A stretch of 64,000 bases of DNA from the NCBI GenBank assembly GCA_963665115.1, contig OY762007.1, forward strand, positions 5,024,001 through 5,088,000. The letters run 5' to 3'. Below the pieces are notes generated by a model that was given only the letters and a program-made list of their open reading frames with translations, was not told where the DNA came from and ran no database searches. A program made the position numbers and the translations under genes. Positions 1-9,870 of this stretch are shown here, one piece after another (the stretch's first letter is position 1; every line of letters begins with the position of its first letter). The stretch comes from an uncultured Rivularia sp. (lineage in GTDB: Bacteria > Cyanobacteriota > Cyanobacteriia > Cyanobacteriales > Nostocaceae).

Positions 1-474
1 AAATAATGCCAGCCAGATAAAGCGATTGTCTTGAGTATTAACCTGAGTAAGATCAATAAATTCCATTTCCTCAACTTCTTTAACTGTGGAAGATTTTTTA
101 AGAGACGCAGCCGAACGAATTTTACTTTTATCGGATAATGTTCCTAAATCGGGTATTTCAGTCATCCACTCCTTGGGACGTTCCAATTTAGGTGCTTTAA
201 AGATATATTGCAATCGCTTGGCATCTTTACTAGTCTCTGGGTAAGGATGACGCTTAAGCAGTTCGCAAAGCTCTATGGCTTCTTGATTTTGTCCGGCTGC
301 TTCATAAGCTGTTGCCAACCATATTTGCACCTCACCACCAAGACGACTATTGCGCTCCAATAAAGCACAAGCCTTGTTCAACTCCTCAACAGCTTGGCGA
401 TATTTACCATTTTCAAAAGCAGCTTTACCATTACGGTAGCGCTGTCTAGCAATTTCTAAACTTTCGGAACTCAC
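1..474 (-). CDS. TPR-containing protein; 3' end runs off the window
   Basis: Manual translation from GTG at 474: MSSESLEIARQRYRNGKAAFENGKYRQAVEELNKA...QIWLATAYEAAGQNQEAIELC...RFIWLALF; TPR-like helices; no stop before position 1. Confidence 0.75.
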   Translation of the reverse strand, partial: MSSESLEIARQRYRNGKAAFENGKYRQAVEELNKACALLERNSRLGGEVQIWLATAYEAAGQNQEAIELCELLKRHPYPETSKDAKRLQYIFKAPKLERPKEWMTEIPDLGTLSDKSKIRSAASLKKSSTVKEVEEMEFIDLTQVNTQDNRFIWLALF

Positions 475-650
475 GTTGAAAAATATAAATAACCATCAGC
501 TTTTATTCTGCCGTTTTTATGCAACTTTTTGAGAATATTTTGTGAAGCTAGGTATTTTCTTTGAGAAAAACTCTAAAATCTATCTAAAATATAAATATTA
601 GGTAGATTCACCGATCATCTAGCTCTCCGTGGCTAGTTAGGAAAGATATT

Positions 651-1052
651 ATGTTTAAAAATACAAATTTGCAACCGTATTTATTGGGTTTTGGAGCCGC
701 GGCTTTAATAGGTGCTGTAGCTGCGCCAGCCTCCGCTCAGTCTGTAATCATTATCAATAACAACACTCCCTACTACGGAAGAAACCATAATCCGACTGTA
801 GGTAATTTTATTTATGGTAGTCCAATTCCCACACCAGTACCTGTAAATCCCGTAACGGGACATATACCTACACGAAGTTATTTTTCTAAACCTCAAAGAT
901 CGAGAACAATTTACAACTCTACAGTTATTAATCCAGTTTTAGTTAACCCGACAATTATCAAAAGTCCCCGAAATCGAAGACGTTATCGCAATTCGCGACG
1001 AAGAGGTTATCGTCAACCAGCTTCGAGGATTTTAATCAATTCGCCTTGGTAA
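651..1052 (+). CDS. hypothetical exported protein (signal peptide, Pro/Asn-rich, Arg-rich C-terminus)
   Basis: 133 aa ORF, AxA-type signal peptide (APASA-QS), AGGA upstream. Confidence 0.7.
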   Translation: MFKNTNLQPYLLGFGAAALIGAVAAPASAQSVIIINNNTPYYGRNHNPTVGNFIYGSPIPTPVPVNPVTGHIPTRSYFSKPQRSRTIYNSTVINPVLVNPTIIKSPRNRRRYRNSRRRGYRQPASRILINSPW

Positions 1053-1171
1053 TGTTGGGTTACGACACGATTAATATAGATTCTTATCAAAAGTTCAAGT
1101 TGATCTATGTCCTCCGGACACGCTGAGCCGCACGCTCCGCGTGAACGCTAACGTGTCTAACCCAACTTACA
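1053..1171. repeat. REP-like inverted element (TGTTGGGTTAC...CTAACCCAACTTAC) with nested micro-insertions
   Basis: Inverted ends; same ends recur at 2521-2592. Confidence 0.7.
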
Positions 1172-1190
1172 AAACCCCAATTTCAATACT

Positions 1191-2084
1191 TTATCTAAAC
1201 TGAGAGCCAAGAATCATTGTCCCGATACCACCATCGGTAAATATTTCTAGCAAAAGAGCATGGGGAATGCGACCATCAATGATATGCGCTGCACGTACTC
1301 CCTGAGCCAACGAACGCACGCAACAGGTTACTTTGGGTATCATCCCTCCGGCAACAATACCTTTTGAAATCAAGCTGCGAGCTTCTGAAATGTCTACTTT
1401 TGCAATTAAAGTAGAAGGATCTTTATAATTTTCTAAAATACCCCGCGTATCGGTAAGCAGAATTAACTTTTCTGCACCTAATGCAGCAGCAATCTCTCCA
1501 GCTACTGTATCGGCATTAATGTTATAAGCTTGTCCAGTATCATCCGCAGCGACGCTAGAAACTACCGGAATATAACCACTTTCTACCAAAGTTCCTAAAA
1601 TTTCGGTATTTACAGAACTTACTTCTCCTACAAAACCAATATCATCTTGACCTTGGTGACGAGCTGTAATTAAGTTACCATCCTTACCGCACAAACCCAC
1701 TGCTTTTCCACCGGCTTGGTTGATTTTGGCAACTATTTCTTTATTAACACGACCTACCAATACCATTTCTACCACATCCATCGTCGGAGCATCGGTCACG
1801 CGCAAACCATCTTTAAACTGCGGTTCAATTCCTATTTTATTAAGCCAAGTATTGATTTCTGGCCCACCACCATGCACTAAAATCGGTCGCAAGCCTACGC
1901 AGGATAAGAAAACAACATCGCGGATCACTTTATCTTTGAGGCTGCTATCCTTCATCGCAGCACCCCCATATTTTACTACTACGGTTCTACCAGCAAATTG
2001 TTGTATGTAAGGTAGTGCTTCACTTAACACCTTTACCCGAGTAGCCGCATCCTGGTGAATATATTCAGTATCGTTAACCATCAT
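1191..2084 (-). CDS. argB: acetylglutamate kinase
   Basis: [39 protein letters not shown] motifs; exact start among nearby ATGs uncertain. Confidence 0.97.
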   Translation of the reverse strand: MMVNDTEYIHQDAATRVKVLSEALPYIQQFAGRTVVVKYGGAAMKDSSLKDKVIRDVVFLSCVGLRPILVHGGGPEINTWLNKIGIEPQFKDGLRVTDAPTMDVVEMVLVGRVNKEIVAKINQAGGKAVGLCGKDGNLITARHQGQDDIGFVGEVSSVNTEILGTLVESGYIPVVSSVAADDTGQAYNINADTVAGEIAAALGAEKLILLTDTRGILENYKDPSTLIAKVDISEARSLISKGIVAGGMIPKVTCCVRSLAQGVRAAHIIDGRIPHALLLEIFTDGGIGTMILGSQFR

Positions 2085-2316
2085 AAGCAACATTTTATTG
2101 TCAAATGCGAATCATGATAGTTTAAAAGAATTTGGTGTTGCTCTACAATAGCTACCTCTAAATGTTTTTCTTCTTACCAACAAGCAGCTAAAATTGCTGG
2201 GTGAGGGGGAGAGGGGGAAGAGGAGGGAGAAAAAAACTTTCTGCTTGTACGATACAACATCCCGCAAAGTTGACTTGCCAAAATACTAGTACTCCACCAC
2301 ATAAGTTTTGTGGCGT

Positions 2317-2408
2317 TTCGGGAGTGCGAGCAAGATGCTCGCTGTTTGTAACGAGGGAGTGTCTCACTTCCTGGTGGTAACGAGCGAGCTAGAAGCTCGC
2401 ACTCCGAA
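2317..2408. repeat. REP-like multi-hairpin element
   Basis: GGAGTGCGAGCAAGATGCTCGC ... GCGAGCTAGAAGCTCGCACTCC inverted ends; relative at 39425-39500. Confidence 0.65.
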
Positions 2409-2520
2409 TCCCGAATCATGAGGCGAGTACGGCGCTACTACAAACCCAATATTACCATTAGGAATAAATCAATATTATTTTTGCCTTTTCCATAAATATT
2501 ACAAAATACCGATGATGCAA

Positions 2521-2592
2521 TGTTGGGTTACGGCGATCGCCATTAATTACTTATGAAAAACCATACCTCTTAGTCTGCCTAACCCAACCTAC
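2521..2592. repeat. REP-like inverted element, same family as 1053-1171
   Basis: TGTTGGGTTACGGC...GCCTAACCCAACCTAC; contains HIP1 at 2533-2540. Confidence 0.7.
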
Positions 2593-2652
2593 TCCCTACT
2601 TTCTACTTTCTACTTTCTACTCCCCACTCCCTACTCCCTACTCCCTACTCCC
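2592..2652. repeat. STRR heptamer tract (CTACTCC/CTACTTT)
   Basis: Tandem 7-mers overlapping the aroK stop. Confidence 0.85.
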
Positions 2653-3213
2653 TTTATTATTTTTTAAAACGCTGGGAATCTGTGCAAGTACTCGGTTGGC
2701 AATTTCTTCGGGGGTTTCCCTTTCTTGAAGAGTTATTCGTAAATCGGCTAAAGCATAAAGTGATTCTCGTTCTTTTGAAATATTTGTTAATTTCAATAAA
2801 GGATTACTATCTTGTAATAACGGTCTTGTAGTATCTTCTTTTAAACGGTTATATAATAACTCCGGTGAAGCATCCAACCAGACAATTAAACCGTGATGCA
2901 GGTAGCTCCAGTTTTTCCGCTTCAATATAATCCCGCCGCCAGTCGCTACGGTTAACTTTGTATAAGCGCTAACTTGGGAGAGAACATCGCTTTCTAATTG
3001 GCGAAATTCAGTTTCTCCCTCTTGAGCAAATATTTGATTGATACTTTTTTTCGCAGATGCAGTGATGACTTCATCGGTATCTACAAACCCATATCCAAGT
3101 TCGCTTGCTAGTAAACGTCCGACAGTAGTTTTACCAACACCCATCATGCCGATTAAGTAGAGGTTAATCCCTTGTAATAAGTTGTTCACGCTCTTGTAAG
3201 TCTTCTTGTTCAA
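2638..3213 (-). CDS. aroK: shikimate kinase
   Basis: LIGMMGVGKTTVG Walker A, DTD, GETEFRQLE, ATGGG, RPLL; start may be GTG at 3189. Confidence 0.95.
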   Translation of the reverse strand: MNKKTYKSVNNLLQGINLYLIGMMGVGKTTVGRLLASELGYGFVDTDEVITASAKKSINQIFAQEGETEFRQLESDVLSQVSAYTKLTVATGGGIILKRKNWSYLHHGLIVWLDASPELLYNRLKEDTTRPLLQDSNPLLKLTNISKERESLYALADLRITLQERETPEEIANRVLAQIPSVLKNNKGSRE

Positions 3214-3227
3214 CTTATTACTCTACT

Positions 3228-4835
3228 TTAAAGTTCGGCATTTAAACGATTGACTTTCAGATGGTTTTTCAATTGCTTCTCAAAAATTGTATGAGCAAAC
3301 AATAGCGAACTCGCTTCATCTTGGCTAAATTTCAAATTATCTTCAATCAGCTTTTCAATCAAATATTCCCGTAACACCGGGGTTAGCGAAAAGCTAGATG
3401 CAATTCGATCGATTAGCGATCGCCTTTGCAATAATTCTACGGCTTCAAGGGTTAATCGCTGTGACACTCTCAATATCAGTTCTTTTTGCAATTTCTGCAA
3501 ATCAAAATCATCATTTAGAGCTAGCAAGTACATAATTTGCTTTTCTAAAACAGATAAGCGGTTAAATTGCTCGTCTAATAAAGCGCGAATATCTCCAAAG
3601 ACGAATGTCTCCTGTTGCAAAAATTCTTCTATATTTCCAGCAAACAATTCCACAATAGCGGTAGCAACTAATTTGATAAATAAAGGATTTCCTGCGTACC
3701 GCTGCATTATTTGTTCGGATTCTTCTTCTTTTAAGTCCGCAAATCCTTTGGATTCTAATATAGATGAGGTTTCTAGCTTGTTTAATCCCGTTAGTTTTAG
3801 AGAGCGAACGGGTAAATTTTCTCCTTCGAGAGCAGCAATTTCTTGGGGTTTATCTCTACTCGTTAACAGCAAACAACTTTGATGTTGAGACTCTCCCAAG
3901 CGTCGGATAAATTCTCCAAAGGCTTCATAACCGGGAAGATATTGAAAGATCGGTACATCTATATTTGAATTACCAATTATAGTGTTATTGCTTGATAATA
4001 CCCCCGAATAGTCTTCAGTATTTACGTTAGAAAAGCTGTATAAAATTGAGTCTAAGTGGTCTAAAACGATTAAAGTTCGAGAAGAGCGCAAACAACTTAC
4101 CAGTTGTGAAATACTTACAGAAATGCTTTGTCCTTTTGTCAGGGTTTGTGGGGATAAAACTTCTAAAAGTTGCTCAAAAAGAACCTGTGGAGATAAAGCA
4201 AAACGTAAAGAACGCCAGATAATAAAATCGAAATTATCTTTAACTTGTTCTGCTAACTTTACTGAAAAAGTCGTTTTACCAATCCCACCCATGCCTAAAA
4301 GTACTACCAAACGTACTTGCTCTTGCAAAATCCATTGTTTTACTTGAGTTAACTCGTTTGTTCTTCCATAAAAAATGCTTGCATCTATAGCTTCTCCCCA
4401 ATCTTGCATGGAAATAGCTTTGATATTGGCAATTTCCGCTGCTTTATCTCTAGCAGAAGTTGTATTATGAGTCGATGCTTCAATTTGCACACAGGCTTTT
4501 TTGTAACCTGCTTTTTCCAGTAATTGAGTTACGCGACTCCAGTTTTTCACCTTAACAGAGTCCGAGGCTTGCTTACTCAACATTTCTTCTATATATTTAT
4601 ATAATCCATTAGAAAGATAAACCCTAACGGTGCTGCTACTACGAGTTTTATAAACCTTGCTTGCAATTTCCGCCGGACTAAAACCGCATAACAAACCTCG
4701 GAGAAACTTTTTTTCTACAGGTGTTAAAGCTTTTCCTTTCGCGGATGCTAAATCAATGTATAACTTTTCTAAGTTCCAATTGTTTTTAGCTTCAATAAAT
4801 TCCTCTTCTATCTTCTGACGACTACTTATACTCAT
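3228..4835 (-). CDS. NB-ARC/STAND ATPase with N-terminal HTH-like domain and no C-terminal repeats
   Basis: DWGEAID..FYGR..EL, Walker A GMGGIGKTT, LIVLD Walker B, LLTSR, GNPL. Confidence 0.85.
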   Translation of the reverse strand: MSISSRQKIEEEFIEAKNNWNLEKLYIDLASAKGKALTPVEKKFLRGLLCGFSPAEIASKVYKTRSSSTVRVYLSNGLYKYIEEMLSKQASDSVKVKNWSRVTQLLEKAGYKKACVQIEASTHNTTSARDKAAEIANIKAISMQDWGEAIDASIFYGRTNELTQVKQWILQEQVRLVVLLGMGGIGKTTFSVKLAEQVKDNFDFIIWRSLRFALSPQVLFEQLLEVLSPQTLTKGQSISVSISQLVSCLRSSRTLIVLDHLDSILYSFSNVNTEDYSGVLSSNNTIIGNSNIDVPIFQYLPGYEAFGEFIRRLGESQHQSCLLLTSRDKPQEIAALEGENLPVRSLKLTGLNKLETSSILESKGFADLKEEESEQIMQRYAGNPLFIKLVATAIVELFAGNIEEFLQQETFVFGDIRALLDEQFNRLSVLEKQIMYLLALNDDFDLQKLQKELILRVSQRLTLEAVELLQRRSLIDRIASSFSLTPVLREYLIEKLIEDNLKFSQDEASSLLFAHTIFEKQLKNHLKVNRLNAEL

Positions 4836-5320
4836 TATTTTTACTGATTTATTTAAACTCGAATACGGTTTATCTTAACCAGTTTCTAGGTATTTTTATT
4901 TAAAGCAAGAATAAATAAGAATAAATTTATAACGAATTCAATAACAGTCGTTAGGTGACTTCTTAGTATTAACTTCGGTATCTTTGAACTTAACGGAAAC
5001 TTAATAAAAATTCTTTGAAACTTTATTCAATTGATATAAGTCAATAATGCAGGGTCTACTAAAGCAGGTTAAAGAGTAGTAATTTACTCAAAAATCGTGC
5101 TTTGTGTTATACCACACATTCTGCTTAAATATTCAGATTGGTAGTAATTAGTTACGTAGATTTAACGATTAGCATTTTATGGTGTTTTTAATGAGAAGAA
5201 TTTTCTATTGTCTCAGAAGAATGGTTCTATTTATGCCAATATTCGCAAAATCTTTAACGGGTGCATATTTTATCTAAGAAAGCTCGAACAAATAAATGTA
5301 GTAGAGCAGAGGTTTAAACA

Positions 5321-5515
5321 ATGACTAGAATCCGTGATGTAGTTCAGACAGCTTTAACAACTGGTTATTTAAGTGTAGAGGCAGAAAATCAGCTGCGTCG
5401 ATTGTTAACAACCCGTTATGACTGGGAAGATTTTAGCGCTTTCGTGGTTCTCCAAGAAGCAGCCATGAATGGTAGAGTCAAGCAAGAATCCCGCGAACGT
5501 TGTGGGATTCAGTAG
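5321..5515 (+). CDS. small hypothetical protein
   Basis: 64 aa ORF with GAGG upstream; resembles small cyanobacterial helical proteins. Confidence 0.7.
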   Translation: MTRIRDVVQTALTTGYLSVEAENQLRRLLTTRYDWEDFSAFVVLQEAAMNGRVKQESRERCGIQ

Positions 5516-5555
5516 AATCAAGCGACATTTGATCAAAGTATTTACGATTTATTTA

Positions 5556-6314
5556 TTAACGCGGCGGTTTCTCTTCTGAAAAATCCTCTAAAAAATCCCA
5601 ATCGTCACCATTTTCTTTATCCTCCTTATTGTGCAAATCTTCTAAGGAGTCTGAAGTTGCTGGTTGACTCACAGGAGGTACAATCACGCGATAATCTGCA
5701 TCGTATATTGATTCTGTTTTTCCAACCCTAGAATCCTTTAAATCGTTTTTGTCATACGAGTAAGAATCGGCAGCGGAGTCATAATCATTTACTGAGTCTG
5801 GAAAGTCCTCGTAATCCCTGTCATCTTGGATTTTTGTATAGCTAGAACGAGAATCAGCTCTAATATATTCTTTTTCTTCTAAATATTCTTTTTCTTCTAA
5901 ATCCCAATCATCATTAGCTTTTCTATCTAAATCCCAATCATCATCATAATTATCGTCATCATCTGATGGCTGTGGTGATGGTGGGGGAGTAGATATTCTT
6001 TGTTTGAATTCTTTTTCCTGGGGAGCTTTTTCCCTTGGAGTTCGTTTGTTAGTGCGGGGTGAATTCAATGGCTCATATGATGACGTTTGACGCTGTTGTG
6101 TAACACCACGGCTTGATAATCGAACCAAGCTGCTAATTAATAAAGAAGTGAACGCACCAGCAGCAGTACTTAACAACATCCATATAGCCAAAGAAAGCGG
6201 TTGGGTTCGCAAGCCCAAAAAGACTAAGGGTATTGCAGGGGACCAATTTTGTGCTAGCAATAGCATTAGTCCTCCCAGCACTACAACCAAGAGAATTAAG
6301 CGAATTACAGTCAT
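5556..6314 (-). CDS. LapA-like membrane protein with acidic disordered tail
   Basis: Two N-terminal TM segments (LLAQN...LVFLG...PLSLAIWMLL) followed by an Asp-rich DDWD tail. Confidence 0.75.
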   Translation of the reverse strand: MTVIRLILLVVVLGGLMLLLAQNWSPAIPLVFLGLRTQPLSLAIWMLLSTAAGAFTSLLISSLVRLSSRGVTQQRQTSSYEPLNSPRTNKRTPREKAPQEKEFKQRISTPPPSPQPSDDDDNYDDDWDLDRKANDDWDLEEKEYLEEKEYIRADSRSSYTKIQDDRDYEDFPDSVNDYDSAADSYSYDKNDLKDSRVGKTESIYDADYRVIVPPVSQPATSDSLEDLHNKEDKENGDDWDFLEDFSEEKPPR

Positions 6315-6414
6315 AGGAATTAAAAGAAGTATGGAAAAAGCATCAAGGATAAAGAATAAATATTTATTATTACTTTAATTAAACGTTACCTCATACTTTA
6401 CAATCAATTATCTC

Positions 6415-7033
6415 TCAACGACCTTCCCAGCGTTTAATAGGAACACAATCAATATCAAGTTGATCTAAACTCCGAGCTACAACAAAATCAACTAAATCCT
6501 CTACAGTTTGGGGATTGTGATACCAAGCAGGAATTGCAGGAACTATTCTGGCTCCTGCTTCGGCTAAACTGACCAAATTACGCAAATGAATCAAACTCAA
6601 AGGAGTTTCGCGGGGCACAACAATCAGCTTTCGTCCTTCTTTAAGTTGAACGTCGGCAGCCCTTTCCAATAGATCGGAACTTAAACCACCAGCTAACTTA
6701 GCTACAGTACTCATACTGCAAGGCATAATTATCATCCCCAAAGTACGAAAAGAACCGCTAGCAATGTTAGCTCCCACATCAGCCCAAGGATGACAGTGCA
6801 GTTTACCACTCGACTTAACTCCGGCTTGCTCTCGCCAAAATTGTTCTTGCGCCTTGGGTTTCCGCTGGCATAGGGGTACTGTTTTCGGATTGCCAAACCA
6901 TAAAGCTGGATTTAGATGCTACTAATTCGATAGCATATTCCGCTTCCAACAAAAATTTAAGAGCGCGAACGGCATAAATAAGACCTGATGCACCTGAGAC
7001 ACCTAAGATTAATGGTTTAGCGTTATTGGACAC
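6415..7033 (-). CDS. ubiX: flavin prenyltransferase UbiX, split by a +1 frameshift near 6859 (likely sequence error)
   Basis: LILGVSGASG in one frame; IASGS..GMIIMPCSMST, RAADVQLKEGR, PRETP in the other; span is 3n+1. Confidence 0.92.
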
Positions 7034-7050
7034 TTGTTTGCGAAAGTAAT

Positions 7051-7122
7051 GGGAGAGGGGAGAGGGGGAGAGGGGGAGATGGGGAGACAAGGAGAAATAA
7101 TTCCTAACTCCTAACTCCTAAC
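7051..7122. repeat. STRR tract (GGGAGAGG octamers and CCTAACT heptamers)
   Basis: Visible tandem units. Confidence 0.8.
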
Positions 7123-7123
7123 T

Positions 7124-7152
7124 ATAGAGACGTAGCAATGCTACGTCTCTAC
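7124..7152. repeat. REP palindrome AGAGACGTAGCAATGCTACGTCTCTAC
   Basis: Perfect hairpin; identical core at 44346-44371. Confidence 0.8.
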
Positions 7153-7154
7153 AC

Positions 7155-9482
7155 TCATTCTTGTTGATATTCTAAATCGTCTGACTCGTATTGTTGCGGC
7201 ATATAGTAACCCGGAGTTTCCGAATCGCGATCGCTTCCTCCTTCATCGTTACCTACAGTCACTAAGTCAATTTGCTGGCGGTAATAATCGACACTCTTGA
7301 CCTGTACGGCTACACGGTCGCCGAGTCGATAAGATGCCCGATTTTTACGACCGAACAATGCTTGCTGACGAGCGCGATATTCGTACCAATCATCTTTGAG
7401 AGAACTTACGTGTACTAGCCCTTCTACCCGCAAAGGTATGTTGCTAATTTCTTCAGTTTCTTGTGCCGGTACTTCAATTTCTACGAAGAATCCGTATGAT
7501 TGAACGCCAGTAATTACGCCACTGAAGACTTCGCCAATTCGCTGCTTCATTAAAGCGGCTCTTTTAAGCCCTTCTAAATCCGCTTCAGCTTCTTGGACTT
7601 CCTTTTCTCTATCGTTGATTTGGGTAATCACCCTTGCCAAATCGGTTTGCAGTTCTTGCTGTAGCTCTGGAGGTAACACGTTCCAGTTAATTTCACCGTG
7701 GCAATTACTAGAACGTAAATTCACCCGTTCCTTCACCCGAGTATTGCGGCGATCGCGTCCGTTTTCGATTAAGGCATAATATACCCGTTGCATCAATAAA
7801 TCGGGATAGCGTCGTAAGGGAGAGGTGCAGTGAAGATAACCTTCTGGTAAGGCTAAACCGAAGTGTCCTCCTTGATTAGTAGTATAAGTAGGTGGTTTAA
7901 GGGTGTCTTGCAATAAATAGGTCAAAACTTGTTCGGAAGCAGATTCAGCAAACACTTTAGTTAAGTGTTGATAATCTAAAGGTTGAATCTCAATATCATC
8001 TGGTAAAGCTAGTTCCACACCCAAATTAATTGCTAATTTGAGCATTTCTTGCACGTCATCTGGATCTGGTGCCCCTTGAACTCGCCAAATCGCAGGAACA
8101 CCCAAAGCATTCAAATGAATCGCCATTAATTGATTTGTTAACAATACTAATTCCGTTAACAAAGAACTAACTGACGAATCTGTTTGGGTAACGCAGCCGC
8201 TTGCACCTTCATCAAAGAAGGGGTTTTGGTTGGAAGGCAGATTTAACTGTAAGCTACCTCTTGCCAAACGTTGCTCCTTAAGAACTATTGCTAAGGCTTG
8301 CAACTGTTGCAGCATTTCTACAACTTCGGGAGCTTCTTTTGTTTCGGCAGCAAGAACTCCTAAAGTTTGCTTTTGGTTTAAATCCGTATCAACGTTAACT
8401 ATGCTCGGCTGAATTTGCCAATCGAGAACTTCTCCCGTTTCCCCATCTAAGGTAGTCAGAAAAGAAATTGCCAAACGATCGCTTCCGGTAACTAGCGAAC
8501 TTCTTGCAGCTACAGCATCCGGTAGCATAGACAAGACTAGTTTTCCTAAATAAACGCTTCTTCCCCGCTTTAAAGCTTCTCGATCCAAAGCTTCATCTGG
8601 CTTTACGTAATGAGAAACGTCAGCAATATGGAAACCTAGCAACCAGTTTCCTTCTTCAGTTTCTTCCAGCGAGATGGCATTTTCTCTAACTTTTGAAGAA
8701 TCCGCGTTAGCGCAAATGCTAATAGTGAACTTGTCTGTTAAATCCAGTCGATTTTTTCGGTCTGCTTTGAGTATCCTTTTGGGCAATTTAGCAGCTACAT
8801 CTTCGACATTATCCGAGAAAGTACGGGAAAGGTCGTGTTTGCAGGTAACTAAATCAATATCAGCAGCAGCTTCCGCATCGCTACCGAGAATTTGCACCAC
8901 CTTACCTAATGGTGGGTACTGAGCCAAAGGATAGCGCAGTACCTGAACGTGGGCGAGATGGTCGATAGCGTTGTCTAAAGTGACACCATTTTGCCGTAAT
9001 TTAAGTTCAAACAGCAGGCGATCGTCCAAAGGTACGGCGCGGAAACCTCCTTCGATTTGTTTAATTCGCGCTAACAAAGTGTGGTTAGAACGTTCTAAAA
9101 CCAGCTTCACCTCACCTTCAGGAGAACGTCGGCGACTACCTTCTTTAAGAACTCTAACTAAAACGCGATCGCCATTCCAAGCATTGCTCAAATGGCTTTC
9201 TCGAATATAAATATCTTCAGCAGCTTCTATATCTTGAATTGCAAAGCAAAAGCCCTTAGAAGAACACCGGAGTTTAGCTTCAATTAAAGAATCTTCTGAA
9301 AGACGACGGTACTTGCCTCGTTCTTTCGCCAAAATTCCGATTTTTTCTAAAACATCTAAGGCAATTTCCAGTTTTTGTATACTGTCATCATCTTCACAAC
9401 CAAGTTTTTTTTCTAGAAGTTTGCGAGCTACCAATTTATCATCAGTAAAATTGGCAAGGAGTGTAGCGATTGAAAATTCCAT
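7155..9482 (-). CDS. ribonuclease R/II family protein
   Basis: Cold-shock-like GFCFA, RNB domain (HIADVS, HFGLA, TSPLRRYPDL), C-terminal S1 domain (EGLVHVSSL); start taken at MEFSI. Confidence 0.92.
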   Translation of the reverse strand: MEFSIATLLANFTDDKLVARKLLEKKLGCEDDDSIQKLEIALDVLEKIGILAKERGKYRRLSEDSLIEAKLRCSSKGFCFAIQDIEAAEDIYIRESHLSNAWNGDRVLVRVLKEGSRRRSPEGEVKLVLERSNHTLLARIKQIEGGFRAVPLDDRLLFELKLRQNGVTLDNAIDHLAHVQVLRYPLAQYPPLGKVVQILGSDAEAAADIDLVTCKHDLSRTFSDNVEDVAAKLPKRILKADRKNRLDLTDKFTISICANADSSKVRENAISLEETEEGNWLLGFHIADVSHYVKPDEALDREALKRGRSVYLGKLVLSMLPDAVAARSSLVTGSDRLAISFLTTLDGETGEVLDWQIQPSIVNVDTDLNQKQTLGVLAAETKEAPEVVEMLQQLQALAIVLKEQRLARGSLQLNLPSNQNPFFDEGASGCVTQTDSSVSSLLTELVLLTNQLMAIHLNALGVPAIWRVQGAPDPDDVQEMLKLAINLGVELALPDDIEIQPLDYQHLTKVFAESASEQVLTYLLQDTLKPPTYTTNQGGHFGLALPEGYLHCTSPLRRYPDLLMQRVYYALIENGRDRRNTRVKERVNLRSSNCHGEINWNVLPPELQQELQTDLARVITQINDREKEVQEAEADLEGLKRAALMKQRIGEVFSGVITGVQSYGFFVEIEVPAQETEEISNIPLRVEGLVHVSSLKDDWYEYRARQQALFGRKNRASYRLGDRVAVQVKSVDYYRQQIDLVTVGNDEGGSDRDSETPGYYMPQQYESDDLEYQQE

Positions 9483-9744
9483 GCACTGAACCGACATAGA
9501 GGTCAAAACATCTTTTTTTAATTGGTTAGCCTTCTTACGTATACCCTCACAAAAGGTAAAGAAGTCAATCAATTTTCGATTTGGAGTTTGCGCTTTTGGA
9601 TTGAAACTCCAGATTTTCCGTAGGTTTAAAAGATTCTAGTAAGCCAAGCGGGAAATTAGAATGACAAGCAGGCGACAAGTTTCATAAGACTAAAATTGCC
9701 TTAAACAGAAACCATAATCCAAAATCCCGGACACTTACTTATGG

Positions 9745-9870
9745 GGGAAACCACACCAGTTGCTACAACGCGGCGGCAGTCCCCTCGTACTGCGGGAGAC
9801 GACCCACGGGGCTGCCTTGGGAACCCGCGCAACGCAATGGTTTGCGAACCTCCGCAACGGACTGGCTCCC
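9745..9870. repeat. nested small dispersed palindromic elements
   Basis: GGCAGTCCCCTCGTACTGCGGGA..CACGGGGCTGC matches the reverse complement of the insert at 52594-52674. Confidence 0.7.

Noticed and set aside
2174..2419. 81 aa ORF
   Set aside because: Overlaps a REP element and a purine-rich repeat; no protein-like features
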